From contig CAWDYT010000003.1 in assembly GCA_963806695.1 (NCBI GenBank), positions 13,253 through 77,252 on the forward strand: a DNA stretch of 64,000 nucleotides, given 5' to 3'. Made by a program: the position numbers and the translations under genes. Source of the stretch: an uncultured Chloroflexia bacterium. Its GTDB lineage: Bacteria > Chloroflexota > Limnocylindria > QHBO01. Positions 21,340-31,390 of this stretch are shown one piece after another. The notes under the pieces are model-generated. The model was not told where the DNA came from. It saw nothing but the letters and a program-made list of their open reading frames with translations, and made no database searches. Numbering within the stretch: position 1 is the stretch's first letter; each line of letters starts with the position of its first letter.

Positions 21340-23535
21340 CTAGCGATCGGGTCGGAGAATCAGTCCGGCGAGTGGCGGCAGGCTCAGGGAGGCCGAGAAC
21401 GGCTGGCCGTGCCAGCCCTCCTCCACCGCGTCGACGCCGCCGAGGTTGCCGAGATTCGAGCCGCCGTAGTGCTCCGAGTCGGAGTTGATCGCCTCGACCC
21501 AGCTGCCGCCCTGCGGCAGTCCGAGCCGGTAGTCGTGCCGCGGCACCGGCGTCAGGTTCAGGACCACCACCGCAACGTCGTCCCCGCCCCGCCGGATCCA
21601 CGAGTAGACGCTGGACTCCACGTCGGAGGCGTCGATCCAGGCGAAGCCCTCCGGGTCGGGGTCGGCGGCCCACAGGGCCGGGGTGGATGCGTAGACGCGA
21701 CCGAGGTCCTCGACGAAGTGCGCCAGGCCCCCGTGGAGCGGCTCCTCCAGCAGCTCCCAGGGCAGGGCACGGTCGTGCGACCACTCGTCGGGCATGCCGA
21801 GCTCGATGCCCATGAACAGGAGCTTCTTGCCCGGCTGGCCCCACATGTCGAGCAGCAGGGCGCGCAGATTCGCGAACTTCTGCCACTCGTCGCCCGGCAT
21901 CTTGCGCAGCAGCGAGCCCTTGCCGTGCACCACCTCGTCATGCGACAGCGGCAGCACGAAGTGCTCGGTGTCCTTGTACAGGCCGCGGAACGTGAGCTTG
22001 TCGTGGTGGAAGCGCCGATGGACCGGGTTCTCGCCGAAGTAGGCGAGCGTGTCGTGCATCCAGCCCATGTCCCATTTGAAACCGAAGCCGATGCCCCCGA
22101 GGTAGGTCGGCCGGCTGATGCCCGGGAAGGCGGTCGACTCCTCGGCGATGGTGACGACACCGGGAAAGCGCGCGTACACGCGCTCGTTCATCTCGCGCAG
22201 GAACGCGATGGCCTCGAGGTTCTCGTTGCTGCCGTATCGATTGGGCGTCCACTCGCCCTTGGTCCGGGAGTAGTCGAGATAGAGCATCGAGGCCACGGCG
22301 TCGACCCGCAGCCCGTCGATGTGATAGCGCTCGCACCAGAACAGGGCGTTGGCGACGAGGAAGTTGCGGACCTCCGGGCGGCCGAAGTCGAAGATCAGCG
22401 TTCCCCAGTCGGGATGCTCGCCGCGCTGCGGGTCGGAGTGCTCGTACAGCGGCGTGCCGTCGAAACGGCGCAGGGCGAAGTCATCGGTCGGGAAGTGGGC
22501 CGGGACCCAGTCGACGATCACGCCGATACCGGCGTTGTGCAGCGTCTCGACCATGGCGGCGAAGTCGTCGGGGTTCCCGAACCGCGCGGTCGGGGCGTAG
22601 TAGCCGGTCACCTGGTAGCCCCATGACCCGTCGAACGGGTGCTCGGCCACGGGGAGCAGCTCGACGTGCGTGAACCCGAACGCCTTGCAGTGCTCGACCA
22701 GCTCCCTGGCGGCCTGGCGGTAGCCGAGCCACGAGCCGTCGGGGTTGCGCATCCAGGATCCGAGGTGGACCTCGTACGCCGCCATCGGCGACCGATATGG
22801 GTCGTGCTCGGCGCGCCGTCGCATCCACTCGTCATCCGTCCAAGGGTATGCCGACGGGTCCCAGACGCGCGAGGCCGTTTCCGGCCTGACCTGCATGCTG
22901 AAGGCGAGCGGGTCGGCCTTCAGCCGCAGCGTCCCGTCGCGGCCCAGGATCTCGTATTTGTACAGCTCGCCGGCGCCGATGCCGGGGACGAAGATCTCCC
23001 ACACGCCGGAGGCGCCCATGCTGCGGAGGGGCAGCAGGCGTCCGTCCCAACGGTCGAAGTCGCCGACGATCCGCACGCTCCTCGCGTTCGGTGCCCAGAC
23101 GGCGAAGCTGACGCCGGCCACGCCCTCGTGGGCGCGCGGGTGCGCGCCGAGCACGTCGTACAGCCGTTCGTGCGTGCCCTCGGCGATGAGGTGCAGGTCG
23201 ACGTCGCCGATCGTCGGCGAGAAGCGGTACGGATCCTCGCGTTCCCAGGTGTTGCCGTCCGAGAAGGTGAAGCGCTGGCGGTAGGCGACCTGGCTCGGGG
23301 CAAGGTCCGGGACGAGCGCGGCCCACACTCCGTGGCCGATCGCCTCCATCGGCTGCGTGGCGCCGTTCGGGGCGACGAGCTCGGCCGCGGTCGCATCGGG
23401 ATGGAAGGCGCGGATCAGCGAGCCGTCGGGTACCGGGTGCGCGCCGAGCACGGCATGCGGGTCGTGGTGCTCGCCGCGGGCGAGGCGGGCCAGGTCCTCG
23501 GTGGCCGGGCTCGCGCCGGGTGCGTGCTGCGTCAT
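21340..23535 (-). CDS. glgB: 1,4-alpha-glucan branching enzyme
   Basis: The N-terminus ([25 protein letters not shown]) matches actinobacterial GlgB. The GH13 catalytic core includes [29 protein letters not shown], and [15 protein letters not shown]. The start was chosen at the internal ATG at 23535, within the longer ORF reaching 23949. It is convergent with malQ. Confidence 0.95.
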   Translation of the reverse strand: MTQHAPGASPATEDLARLARGEHHDPHAVLGAHPVPDGSLIRAFHPDATAAELVAPNGATQPMEAIGHGVWAALVPDLAPSQVAYRQRFTFSDGNTWEREDPYRFSPTIGDVDLHLIAEGTHERLYDVLGAHPRAHEGVAGVSFAVWAPNARSVRIVGDFDRWDGRLLPLRSMGASGVWEIFVPGIGAGELYKYEILGRDGTLRLKADPLAFSMQVRPETASRVWDPSAYPWTDDEWMRRRAEHDPYRSPMAAYEVHLGSWMRNPDGSWLGYRQAARELVEHCKAFGFTHVELLPVAEHPFDGSWGYQVTGYYAPTARFGNPDDFAAMVETLHNAGIGVIVDWVPAHFPTDDFALRRFDGTPLYEHSDPQRGEHPDWGTLIFDFGRPEVRNFLVANALFWCERYHIDGLRVDAVASMLYLDYSRTKGEWTPNRYGSNENLEAIAFLREMNERVYARFPGVVTIAEESTAFPGISRPTYLGGIGFGFKWDMGWMHDTLAYFGENPVHRRFHHDKLTFRGLYKDTEHFVLPLSHDEVVHGKGSLLRKMPGDEWQKFANLRALLLDMWGQPGKKLLFMGIELGMPDEWSHDRALPWELLEEPLHGGLAHFVEDLGRVYASTPALWAADPDPEGFAWIDASDVESSVYSWIRRGGDDVAVVVLNLTPVPRHDYRLGLPQGGSWVEAINSDSEHYGGSNLGNLGGVDAVEEGWHGQPFSASLSLPPLAGLILRPDR

Positions 23536-23691
23536 GTGGACTAACGATAGACGCTCGCGGAGCGCCGACGCGGTGAGCGCCATCCGAACGCCGCAGTCCG
23601 AGCGTAGGTGGCATGGATCAAGTGAGTCGCACGGAGGACGCCGCGTGAGCGGTTCGGCCCTGCCGCACTGTGGCGCCAGGCGTCGGCGGGC

Positions 23692-24841
23692 ATGACGACC
23701 ATCGATCGCGGGACCGGCCCTCGGTTCAAGCCGCCGACCTACCGCTCGCTCATCTTCATCGGCGTCCTCGTCCTGCTCGCCGTGCTGCTGTTTGCGGCCG
23801 GCGGACCGCTGACGCCGTACCTCATCGGCCTGATCTTCGTGTTCATCCTGAACCCCGTGGTGGACTGGCTGGAGCGGCGAGGATTGGGTCGCGGGTTGGC
23901 CACGATGCTGGTGATCGTCGGCCGGGCTGGTGTTCATCGGCCTGTTCATCTACTTCGTGCTCGACACGGTCATCGACCAGGCGCGCCTGCTCGTCGACAG
24001 GTGGCCGCAGCTCAGCGCCGATCTCTCGAGGCCGGCTCTTCGCAGCTCCGGCCTGCCGGACGGGTTCGTCGAGGCGTCCGTCGCCTTCATCGACCGGGCT
24101 TCCGGAGACGATGTCCGAGCTGGCGCCGGAGCTCGCCCGCACCGTGATCCTCGTCCTCGGCAGCGGGATCGTGGCCCTCATCTCGCTGGCTGCGCTTCCG
24201 TTCTTCATCTACTACGCCCTGTCCGACCGGCCCAACCTGGTGACCGGGGCGTACAGCCTCGATCCCGGAGGAGTTCGTTGACGCCACGCGGGACATCGCG
24301 CGCATCCTCAACCACGTCTTCGGCGCATGGGCCCGCGGTCAGCTCCTCCTGTCGACCTCGGTGGGCGTGCCGGTCTTCATCGGGTTCCTGCTGCTCGGCG
24401 CGCTCGTCAATCCCTTCTACGCCGACTTCGCGCTGTTATTCGCGACCATCGCCTTCTTCACGGAGTTCATCCCGATCGTCGGCGCCTGCCTCGCCATGAT
24501 CCCGGCCATCATCATCTCGTTCGCCGCGGTCGGACCGGCTGGGGGCGCTGCTCACCGCAATACTGTTCATCTCGATCCAGTTCTTCGAGGGAAGCGTGCT
24601 CATCCCGCGCATCCAGGGCTCCGCACTGAGCCTTCCGCCGGCGGTGATCCTCCTGGCTCTCGTGGTTGGGGTGTCCCTGGGCGGCTTCTTCGGCGTGCTC
24701 ATCGCCCTGCCCGCCACCGCGGCCATCCGCGCCATCGTGGACTACCTCTACCGACGCGCTGCCTACGCGCCACTCGCGGCACCGCCCGGCGCTGGCGCCG
24801 ATGCTCCTGGCCCGGTCCCGACCGGGGAACCCGGCCGCGTC
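23692..24841 (+). pseudogene. AI-2E family transporter (PerM/UPF0118-like), disrupted by at least 4 frameshifts
   Basis: AI-2E-like TM segments are spread over frames starting at 23692, 23930, about 24100, 24361 and 24596 (e.g. PVFIGFLLLGALVNPFYADF...TEFIPIVGACLAMIPAII; LTAILFISIQFFEGSVLIPRIQGSALSLPPAV). No single intact reading frame exists. Confidence 0.6.
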
Positions 24842-25609
24842 GTGAGCCGCATCCGCTACCTTGGTCACGCGACCGTGCTCATCGACCTCGGGGACACCCG
24901 CATCCTGACCGACCCGATTCTCACCGGCCGGGTGATGTTCATTCGGCGGGTGGCCGGTGAACAACCGGCGCCGCGGCGATCGCCCGGCGCGGTGCTGGTT
25001 TCGCACGGGCATCACGACCACCTCCACCGCGCGTCAATGGCCCGGCTGAGCCGCGACCTGCCGGTCATCGTCCCGGCCGGCCTCGGACAGCTCGTTCGAG
25101 GTTGGGGCTTCGAGCACGTGATCGAGATGCGGGCCGGCGACGAGATCACCGTCGGCGGCGTGCACGTCACCGCGGTCCCGGCCGTACACTCGAACCTCCG
25201 CCAGCCCTCCGGCCCCCGAGCGGAACCGCTCGGCTTTCTCCTCACCGGGGCCGGCACGACCGTGTACTTCGCGGGAGACACCGACCTGTTCGACGAGATG
25301 GACGACCTCGCGCGCGTCGGGATCGACGTCGCACTCCTGCCGGTCTGGGGGTGGGGACCGCGCCTCGGCCCGGGCCATCTTGACCCGGAGCGAGCGGCCG
25401 ATGCGGTGGCCCGCCTGCGGCCGGCCACGGTGGTCCCGATCCACTGGGGCACGCTGTGGCCGATCGCGATGCGCTGGCACCGTCATCGGCTCACCGAGCC
25501 TCCGCTCCAGCTCGTCGAGGCCGTCGCGCGCCGCGGCCTGCCGGCCCGTGTCGTGGTCCTGCCACCCGGTGACGCGCTGGAGCTTCCCACGGCGTTGGGG
25601 GACGCGTGA
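24842..25609 (+). CDS. MBL-fold metal-dependent hydrolase (UPF0173-like)
   Basis: Motifs include RYLGHATVLIDLGDTRILTDP...SHGHHDHL...AVPAVHS...YFAGDTDLFDEMD. A GTG at 24842 is proposed as the start. The frame is open upstream into the last AI-2E fragment, so a fusion is possible but not demonstrated. Confidence 0.7.
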   Translation: MSRIRYLGHATVLIDLGDTRILTDPILTGRVMFIRRVAGEQPAPRRSPGAVLVSHGHHDHLHRASMARLSRDLPVIVPAGLGQLVRGWGFEHVIEMRAGDEITVGGVHVTAVPAVHSNLRQPSGPRAEPLGFLLTGAGTTVYFAGDTDLFDEMDDLARVGIDVALLPVWGWGPRLGPGHLDPERAADAVARLRPATVVPIHWGTLWPIAMRWHRHRLTEPPLQLVEAVARRGLPARVVVLPPGDALELPTALGDA

Positions 25610-27769
25610 TGCTCGGCCGCATCGGACGCCTGTATCGGGCGCAGTGGCACGCGCTCGGCAGCCTGTCGACCAGCTGGCGCAGCATCGTGTTCCGTGTCGT
25701 CCTGTCGATCGTCGCGTCCGCCATCGCCTTCGGGGTGGCGACGTGGTTGACGCCGGGCGTGAGCGCGGCGACCGACCCGAGCGTCCTGACCGCCGTCGTC
25801 CTGCTCGGGGTCATCGACGTCCTGCTGCGCCCGCTGATCCTTGCCATCGCGCTACCGATCGGGCTGATCGCGGTGGCGCTCGTGGGGCTCCTGCTGCGGA
25901 TCGTCGCGTTCGCCATCGTCCTCCCGGCCGCCGGGTACGAGACGGACTCGTTCCTGACCATCGTGATCGCCTCCTTCATCTACGGCACCGTGCAGACCAT
26001 CCTCGGCGGCCTGATCGGCATGTCCGACGAGGACTCGTTCTCGGCCCGCGTCGTGGCCCAGGTCATCCGGGACGACGTGCCCCAGACCCGGAGCGACGTC
26101 CCGGGGGTGGTATTCATCCAGATCGACGGCCTTGCCGCGCCGCTGCTCGCCGCGCAGGTCCGCGCCGGCAACCTGCCCACGCTGTCGCGTTGGATCCGTG
26201 GCGGCAGCCATCGCATGACCGAGTGGACGGCGCTCCTGCCGTCGCAGACCTCCGCCAGCCAGGCGGGGCTTCTCCTTGGCAGCAACGACGGCATCCCCGC
26301 CTTCCGCTGGTACGAGAAGGAGAACCGCCGGCTCCTCGTCTCGAACCATCCCGAGGACGCGCGCGGAGATCGAGCAGCGGCTCTCGACCGGCAACGGGCT
26401 CCTGGCGGACGGCGGAGCCGGCATCGACAACCTGTTCAGCGGCGATGCCCCGATCACCCGCCTGACGATGAGCACGGTCGGTCAGAACACGGACCAGGAG
26501 GGCGCGACCCGCAGCCTGTACTACTTCCTGCTCAACCCGTACGGCCTCGGACGCGCCATCGTGCGCACACTCGGCGAGGCGCTCAAGGAGGTGTTCCAGG
26601 CCAGCCAGCAGAAGCGGCGCGGGATCGAGCCTCGAATGCACCGCGGCGGCACGTACCCGTTCCTGCGCGCGGCGACCAACGTCGTGATGCGGGACCTGAA
26701 CCTCGCGCTGGTGACCGAGCAGATGCTGCGCGGGACGCCGTCCATCTACGTCGACTTCCTCGACTACGACGAGATCGCGCACCACTCCGGGCCGGAGCGG
26801 ACCGAGGCGATCCACTCCCTCGAGGGGATCGATCGTGTCGCTCGAAGCGACTCCAGGGCCTCGTCCGCCAGCTGTCCGCGACCCTACGAGTTCGTCATCG
26901 TCTCGGACCACGGCCAGAGCCAGGGCGCGACGTTCCGGCAGCGATACGGCCAGACGATCGAGGACTGGCTCCGCCAGCGGATGGCCACCACGGACCACGT
27001 CACGGCCACCGAGCCTCAGGCCGAGCAGCTGGGTCAGCTGTCCGCGGTCCTGACCGAGGTCAGCGCCGCCGACGGGGCCGTTCCGAGGATGGCCCGCCGA
27101 GCGATGCGCGACCAGACGCGCAACGGGATCGTGGAGGTGGGACCGACCGGCGAGGACCGAACGGCAGACGCGGAAGGACTGCCCGACCTGGTCGTCTGCG
27201 CGTCGGGCAATCTCGCGCTCGTCTACTTCGGGCTCGGGGACGGACGTCTGACGGCCGAGGAGATCGAGGCTGGCCTCCCGGGCCTGCTCGACGACCTGGT
27301 GGCTCATGACGGCGTTGGTCTCGTGCTGGTGAAGACGGAGGACGACGGCTCGGTGGTGCTGGGGAAGGGCGGGCGCTATCGGCTCAGCGACGGCGCGGTG
27401 ACCGGCGACGACCCGCTCGCGCGATACGGGCCGTTGAGCCCGGTGCACTTCCGGAGGCTCGACGAGATCGCCCATGTCGGCGACCTCGCGCTGATCAGCC
27501 GGATCGACGACGGGACGGACGAGGTGGCCGCGTTCGAGGAGCTCATCGGCTCGCACGGCGGCCTCGGCGGGTGGCAGACGCGGGCGTCCCTCGTCTACCC
27601 CTCGACCTGGCCCGATCCGGAATCGCCCCTCCTGGGAGCGCCGGCGGTGCATCGGCAGCTGAAGGCGTGGATGGCCGCGCTCAGCCCGGCCCGCGCGTCG
27701 GCGGTCGCCCCGGACGCCACCGTCGGAGTGGGCGCAGGGCCGCGCGGCGCGAACCTCAGTAGCAGGTAG
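25606..27769 (+). CDS. Alkaline-phosphatase-family protein (type I phosphodiesterase/nucleotide pyrophosphatase-like) with an N-terminal four-TM holin-like domain; one frameshift near 26365
   Basis: The N-terminus has four TM helices. The catalytic-core start is VFIQIDGLAAPLL...NLPTL. After the frameshift (..SNHPEDAR|AEIEQRL..) the protein continues in the frame of 26276, with motifs DFLDYDEIAHHSGPE and FVIVSDHGQS. Confidence 0.7.
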
Positions 27770-27784
27770 CTGGCCCTCGCGTAG

Positions 27785-29080
27785 TCACGGTTGCGGGCGC
27801 GCTGCAGCCAGCCGGTCGCGACGGCACCGGCGACGGACATCGCGATGTCCGGCTCGAACAGGACCGCGACGGAACTGATCGGCGACGTCGCGACTCTCGA
27901 ACAGCAGCCCGAGCTCCGGGTTGCGGTACATCGCCCACGCGTCGAGGTTGAGCGTGCCGACGAGCGCCCGGCCGTCGGACACGATCACCTTGGCGTGCAC
28001 GACCGCCGGGTACTCCCAGACCTCGACGCCCGCGCCGAGCAGTGCGTCGTAATGGTGCAGGAACGCGCTGTAGGTCACGCCGTTGGCGTGAGCCTTGTCG
28101 GCGACCACCAGGCGGACGCGGACGCCCCGACGCGCCGCGTCGAGGATCTCGCGGATGATGTGGGCCTCACCGATGTAGTAGTTCATGATGTCGAGCCGCT
28201 CGGTCGCGGTTCGGATCAGCTCTGACGCGGCATCGGTCAGTGGAAGCCATCCGCGCGGCCAGTTCATGAAAATCGTGACCGGGTGCGGGCCCTCGTCGGC
28301 GACTGGCGGGAAGTACCCCTGCAGCTCGTCGTCGCCATCGGGCAGGTCGCCACCGTGATAGCCGACGGTGGCGAGGAAGATCGCCTGGAGCTGCTGCGTC
28401 ACCGGCCCGGTGAACCGGATGTAGACGTCGTGGAAGCGGCCGTCGAAGAAGTGGTCCTCGAGGCCCGCGCCGCCGATGTACGCCACCTGCCCATCGACGA
28501 GCACGAGCTTGCGGTGCTCCACGCGCCCGGACTGCCGGAGCTGGGCCGTCATGCGGCGGGCCCCGACCGGGCCGTGACGATCGGGCGGCACCAGGTCGTG
28601 GAACATGACCTGGACACCTGCAGAGGCCAGCCCGGCGAACATGTCTCGAGAGCCGGTGAACGCGTGGCTGCCGAGCGCGTCGACGACGACCCGAACGGCG
28701 ACGCCCTCACCGGCCTTCGCCGCCAGCAGCGGGGCGAACTGGTCGCCGATGACGCCAGGCTGGAAGCCGTACTGCATGATGTGCACGGAGTGGCGGGCCG
28801 CCGCGATGTCCTCGAGCATGCGGGGATAGAAGACCCGTCCCTCCGGCAGGACCTCGACGCCGGCGGCCGTCGTGGGAGCCCACAGCCGCGCCAGGTCGTC
28901 GTGTCGAGGTCCGGGAGGCGCTGTCACCCGGCGCACGTACTCCATCGCGTCGGCGACCTCGATCGGCCCCGAGTCGGCGGTGGGGGACAGGCGCTTCCCG
29001 GCGCGCAGCGCGAACCACCAGGCGAATGCGGCCAGCGCGGCGACGATGAACGCCGAGCCCTTGAGTACGCTCCAATTCAT
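27785..29080 (-). CDS. Phospholipase D-family protein with two HKD motifs (cardiolipin-synthase-like), N-terminal TM anchor
   Basis: The start was chosen at ATG 29080 (MNWSVLKGSAFIVAALAAFAWWF), with GGAGG 9 nt upstream. The two HKD motifs are HRKLVLVDGQVAYIGGAGLED and HAKVIVSDGRALVGTLNLD. The ORF-track extension to 29611 is read-through. Confidence 0.85.
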   Translation of the reverse strand: MNWSVLKGSAFIVAALAAFAWWFALRAGKRLSPTADSGPIEVADAMEYVRRVTAPPGPRHDDLARLWAPTTAAGVEVLPEGRVFYPRMLEDIAAARHSVHIMQYGFQPGVIGDQFAPLLAAKAGEGVAVRVVVDALGSHAFTGSRDMFAGLASAGVQVMFHDLVPPDRHGPVGARRMTAQLRQSGRVEHRKLVLVDGQVAYIGGAGLEDHFFDGRFHDVYIRFTGPVTQQLQAIFLATVGYHGGDLPDGDDELQGYFPPVADEGPHPVTIFMNWPRGWLPLTDAASELIRTATERLDIMNYYIGEAHIIREILDAARRGVRVRLVVADKAHANGVTYSAFLHHYDALLGAGVEVWEYPAVVHAKVIVSDGRALVGTLNLDAWAMYRNPELGLLFESRDVADQFRRGPVRAGHRDVRRRCRRDRLAAARPQP

Positions 29081-29727
29081 CCCTGAAGACCTCCATAGAT
29101 GAGATAGACACCAAAGGCGGCGATCAGCGCGGCACCGTACCACCCGCCCTGAGCCCGGTCGATGGCCGGCCGCGCTCGTTTGGCCAATGCGTCGAAGCGC
29201 GGCCTCCGAACGATGTAGAGCGCCATGGGGGCTAGGATCGCCGCCTGCCAGAGGACGATCATGGCGATGGCGGCGCCGATGGCGGTCACGGGCGAGCCGC
29301 TGAGCAGGCCGATCCGAAAGCCGGCCGCCACGAGCACGAGCAGACGCCCGAACGACTGGAACGCAACACCCGCACCGACCCCGGTGGCGGTGAGGAACGG
29401 ATGGCGCGCGGAGTATGTCGAGACGGGCGTCGGCCGTCGGCGCTGCAGCGTCATCACGATCGCCACGACGATCATCATGCCGCCGAGGACGACGTTGATC
29501 GTGTCCGACGCCTCCTGCCCACCTGGCGCCTGGACTCCCAGCAGGCCGAGGAGGACGGCGGCAGCGAAGACGGCCGTGCTGCCCACCGCGAACCCGAGCG
29601 CGCGCGGCCACGGCTGGGTGGGGTCGGTGAGCATCACGACGGAGAGCGCGAACCGGGTCGGGGACACCGCGCCGAGGCCACCGATCACGACCACCGTCAG
29701 CACCAGCTCGAGCGTCGCGTTACCCAT
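29077..29727 (-). CDS. Polytopic membrane protein (about 6 TM; GAP/LysE-like), in an operon with the PLD gene
   Basis: It is hydrophobic throughout. Its stop overlaps the PLD start (ATGA). Function is unknown. Confidence 0.6.
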   Translation of the reverse strand: MGNATLELVLTVVVIGGLGAVSPTRFALSVVMLTDPTQPWPRALGFAVGSTAVFAAAVLLGLLGVQAPGGQEASDTINVVLGGMMIVVAIVMTLQRRRPTPVSTYSARHPFLTATGVGAGVAFQSFGRLLVLVAAGFRIGLLSGSPVTAIGAAIAMIVLWQAAILAPMALYIVRRPRFDALAKRARPAIDRAQGGWYGAALIAAFGVYLIYGGLQG

Positions 29728-30154
29728 CGGCTGGGCCGGACCTCGACGCGCAGGTCCGGGCCACGATCTCGCGCCTCAGGAGCGCACCGCGGACGCCGTG
29801 CCGAATCGGCGGGACAGCGATCGCGGCACCATCGTGTCCTCCAGCTGCTGCCTCTCCTACGTCGCGCCCGCCGATTCCGGATCGCGCCCCAACCGCCGAT
29901 GCGAGGCGGCATCCGAAGCCATGCCGTCCGACGTACCAGTCCCGTCGGACCCGGTACAGACGGGAGATCAAATGGTGCCCTTGCTGACGGCGATTGCCGA
30001 CCGAGTGGCGGTCATTCTCAGGCTTCTGGTCTCGCCAGGAATTCTCGCACCGCCCGCCCGTGGTGCGGCGATCCCGGTCGTCGTTCGCGCGGACACCCGA
30101 GACCCCGCGACCCGACCCGCTGGGCATCGCTGACCGGGCCGGGGCGCGAGCGAC

Positions 30155-31390
30155 ATGGCGGTCAGCCAGGAGCAGGTCGATCAGTCCCGCCGCGAATGGC
30201 GAGCGCTGCGCGACGGGCTCGTCGCCATCCCGCCACGCGCGTTGGGCCGCGGGCTGCTTGCGGCCGCCGTGGTCGGAGGCGGCCTGTGGCTTGCCACGGC
30301 TACCTGGCCGGCGCTCCTGCCCTTCGCGATCGGGGCCGTGCTCGCCTACATGGTGCTGCCGGTGGTCAACGCGCTCGACCGGTTCATGCCACGGATCGTG
30401 GCTGCCCTCGTCGCGATCCTGCTCGCCCTGGCGGTCGTGGTCGGCATCTTCGTGGTGGTGCTCCCGCCGTTCGCGCGGACGATCAGCGTGCTCGCGGAGG
30501 ACCTGCCGACCCGTACTGAGATCGCCGCATGGGTCGACGGCCTCGAGGCGTCGCTCGGTGACGTCGCCGGCCCTGCCGGCCCGCAGCTGGCGGAGGCGCT
30601 CGACCAGGTCGTGCGGGGCATCGCCGAGCGGCTCGAGGACTCGACCGGTGGGATCGCCGGGATCGCCACCTCCGTCATCCAGGCCGCCATCGGCGCGATC
30701 GGCGCCGCCATCGGACTGGTCGTGCTTCCGGCATGGATCCTGACCGTCGTTCGAGACCAGCCCATCGGGCGCAGGTCGATGCGCACGACCCTGCCGGCTG
30801 TCATCCGTGACGACGCCTGGGCGTTCGTCCGCATGGCCGACCGCGTCGCCGCGAACTACCTGCGCAGGCGTGTCTGGCTCGGGCTGCTGGTCGGGACCGG
30901 CGTGTTCCTCTCGCTCGAGGCGGCGGAACGGCTCGGCGTGGCATCGGTCCGCGAGTCCGCACCGGTGGCGGTCTTCGCCGGCGCCATGCAGCTCATCCCC
31001 GAGATCGGTCCACTCATCGGCTACTTCCCGGCGCTCCTCGCTCTCCCGATCTCCGGCGAGCTGTCGGTGCTCTATCTCGTCGCCTACGTCGGCAGTCGCA
31101 TCGTGGCAGGGATGGTGGCCGGGCGGCAGCCCGGACGGCGCACGCTGCATCCGATCGTGATGGTTCCGGCCATCGTTGCGTTGACGCAGTTCGGCCTGGT
31201 CTGGCTGTTCCTCGCCGGGCCGCTGATGTCGCTGGGCTACGACCTGGTCCGCTACATCCGCGGGAGGCTCGCCCAGCCAGCCGCCCCTGCCGGCGTCATC
31301 CCGGACGACGCGTCGGGCTCGACGCGCATCGAGACGCCCGCGCAGCGGCCCCTCCCGACCGGCAGCGCCGTGGTGACCGCACGTGGCTGA
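30155..31390 (+). CDS. AI-2E family transporter (intact copy)
   Basis: It has about 8 TM helices. Typical motifs are AIGAVLAYMVLPVVN and QLIPEIGPLIGYFPALLAL. The 3' end overlaps the downstream SPFH gene by 8 nt. Confidence 0.85.
   Translation: MAVSQEQVDQSRREWRALRDGLVAIPPRALGRGLLAAAVVGGGLWLATATWPALLPFAIGAVLAYMVLPVVNALDRFMPRIVAALVAILLALAVVVGIFVVVLPPFARTISVLAEDLPTRTEIAAWVDGLEASLGDVAGPAGPQLAEALDQVVRGIAERLEDSTGGIAGIATSVIQAAIGAIGAAIGLVVLPAWILTVVRDQPIGRRSMRTTLPAVIRDDAWAFVRMADRVAANYLRRRVWLGLLVGTGVFLSLEAAERLGVASVRESAPVAVFAGAMQLIPEIGPLIGYFPALLALPISGELSVLYLVAYVGSRIVAGMVAGRQPGRRTLHPIVMVPAIVALTQFGLVWLFLAGPLMSLGYDLVRYIRGRLAQPAAPAGVIPDDASGSTRIETPAQRPLPTGSAVVTARG

Noticed and set aside
27785-29080. PLD-family protein as a possible defence nuclease
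   Set aside because: It has an N-terminal TM anchor and two full HKD motifs, and it is operonic with a polytopic membrane protein. This fits a cardiolipin-synthase-type lipid enzyme rather than a soluble PLD nuclease. No other defence-system genes are nearby.
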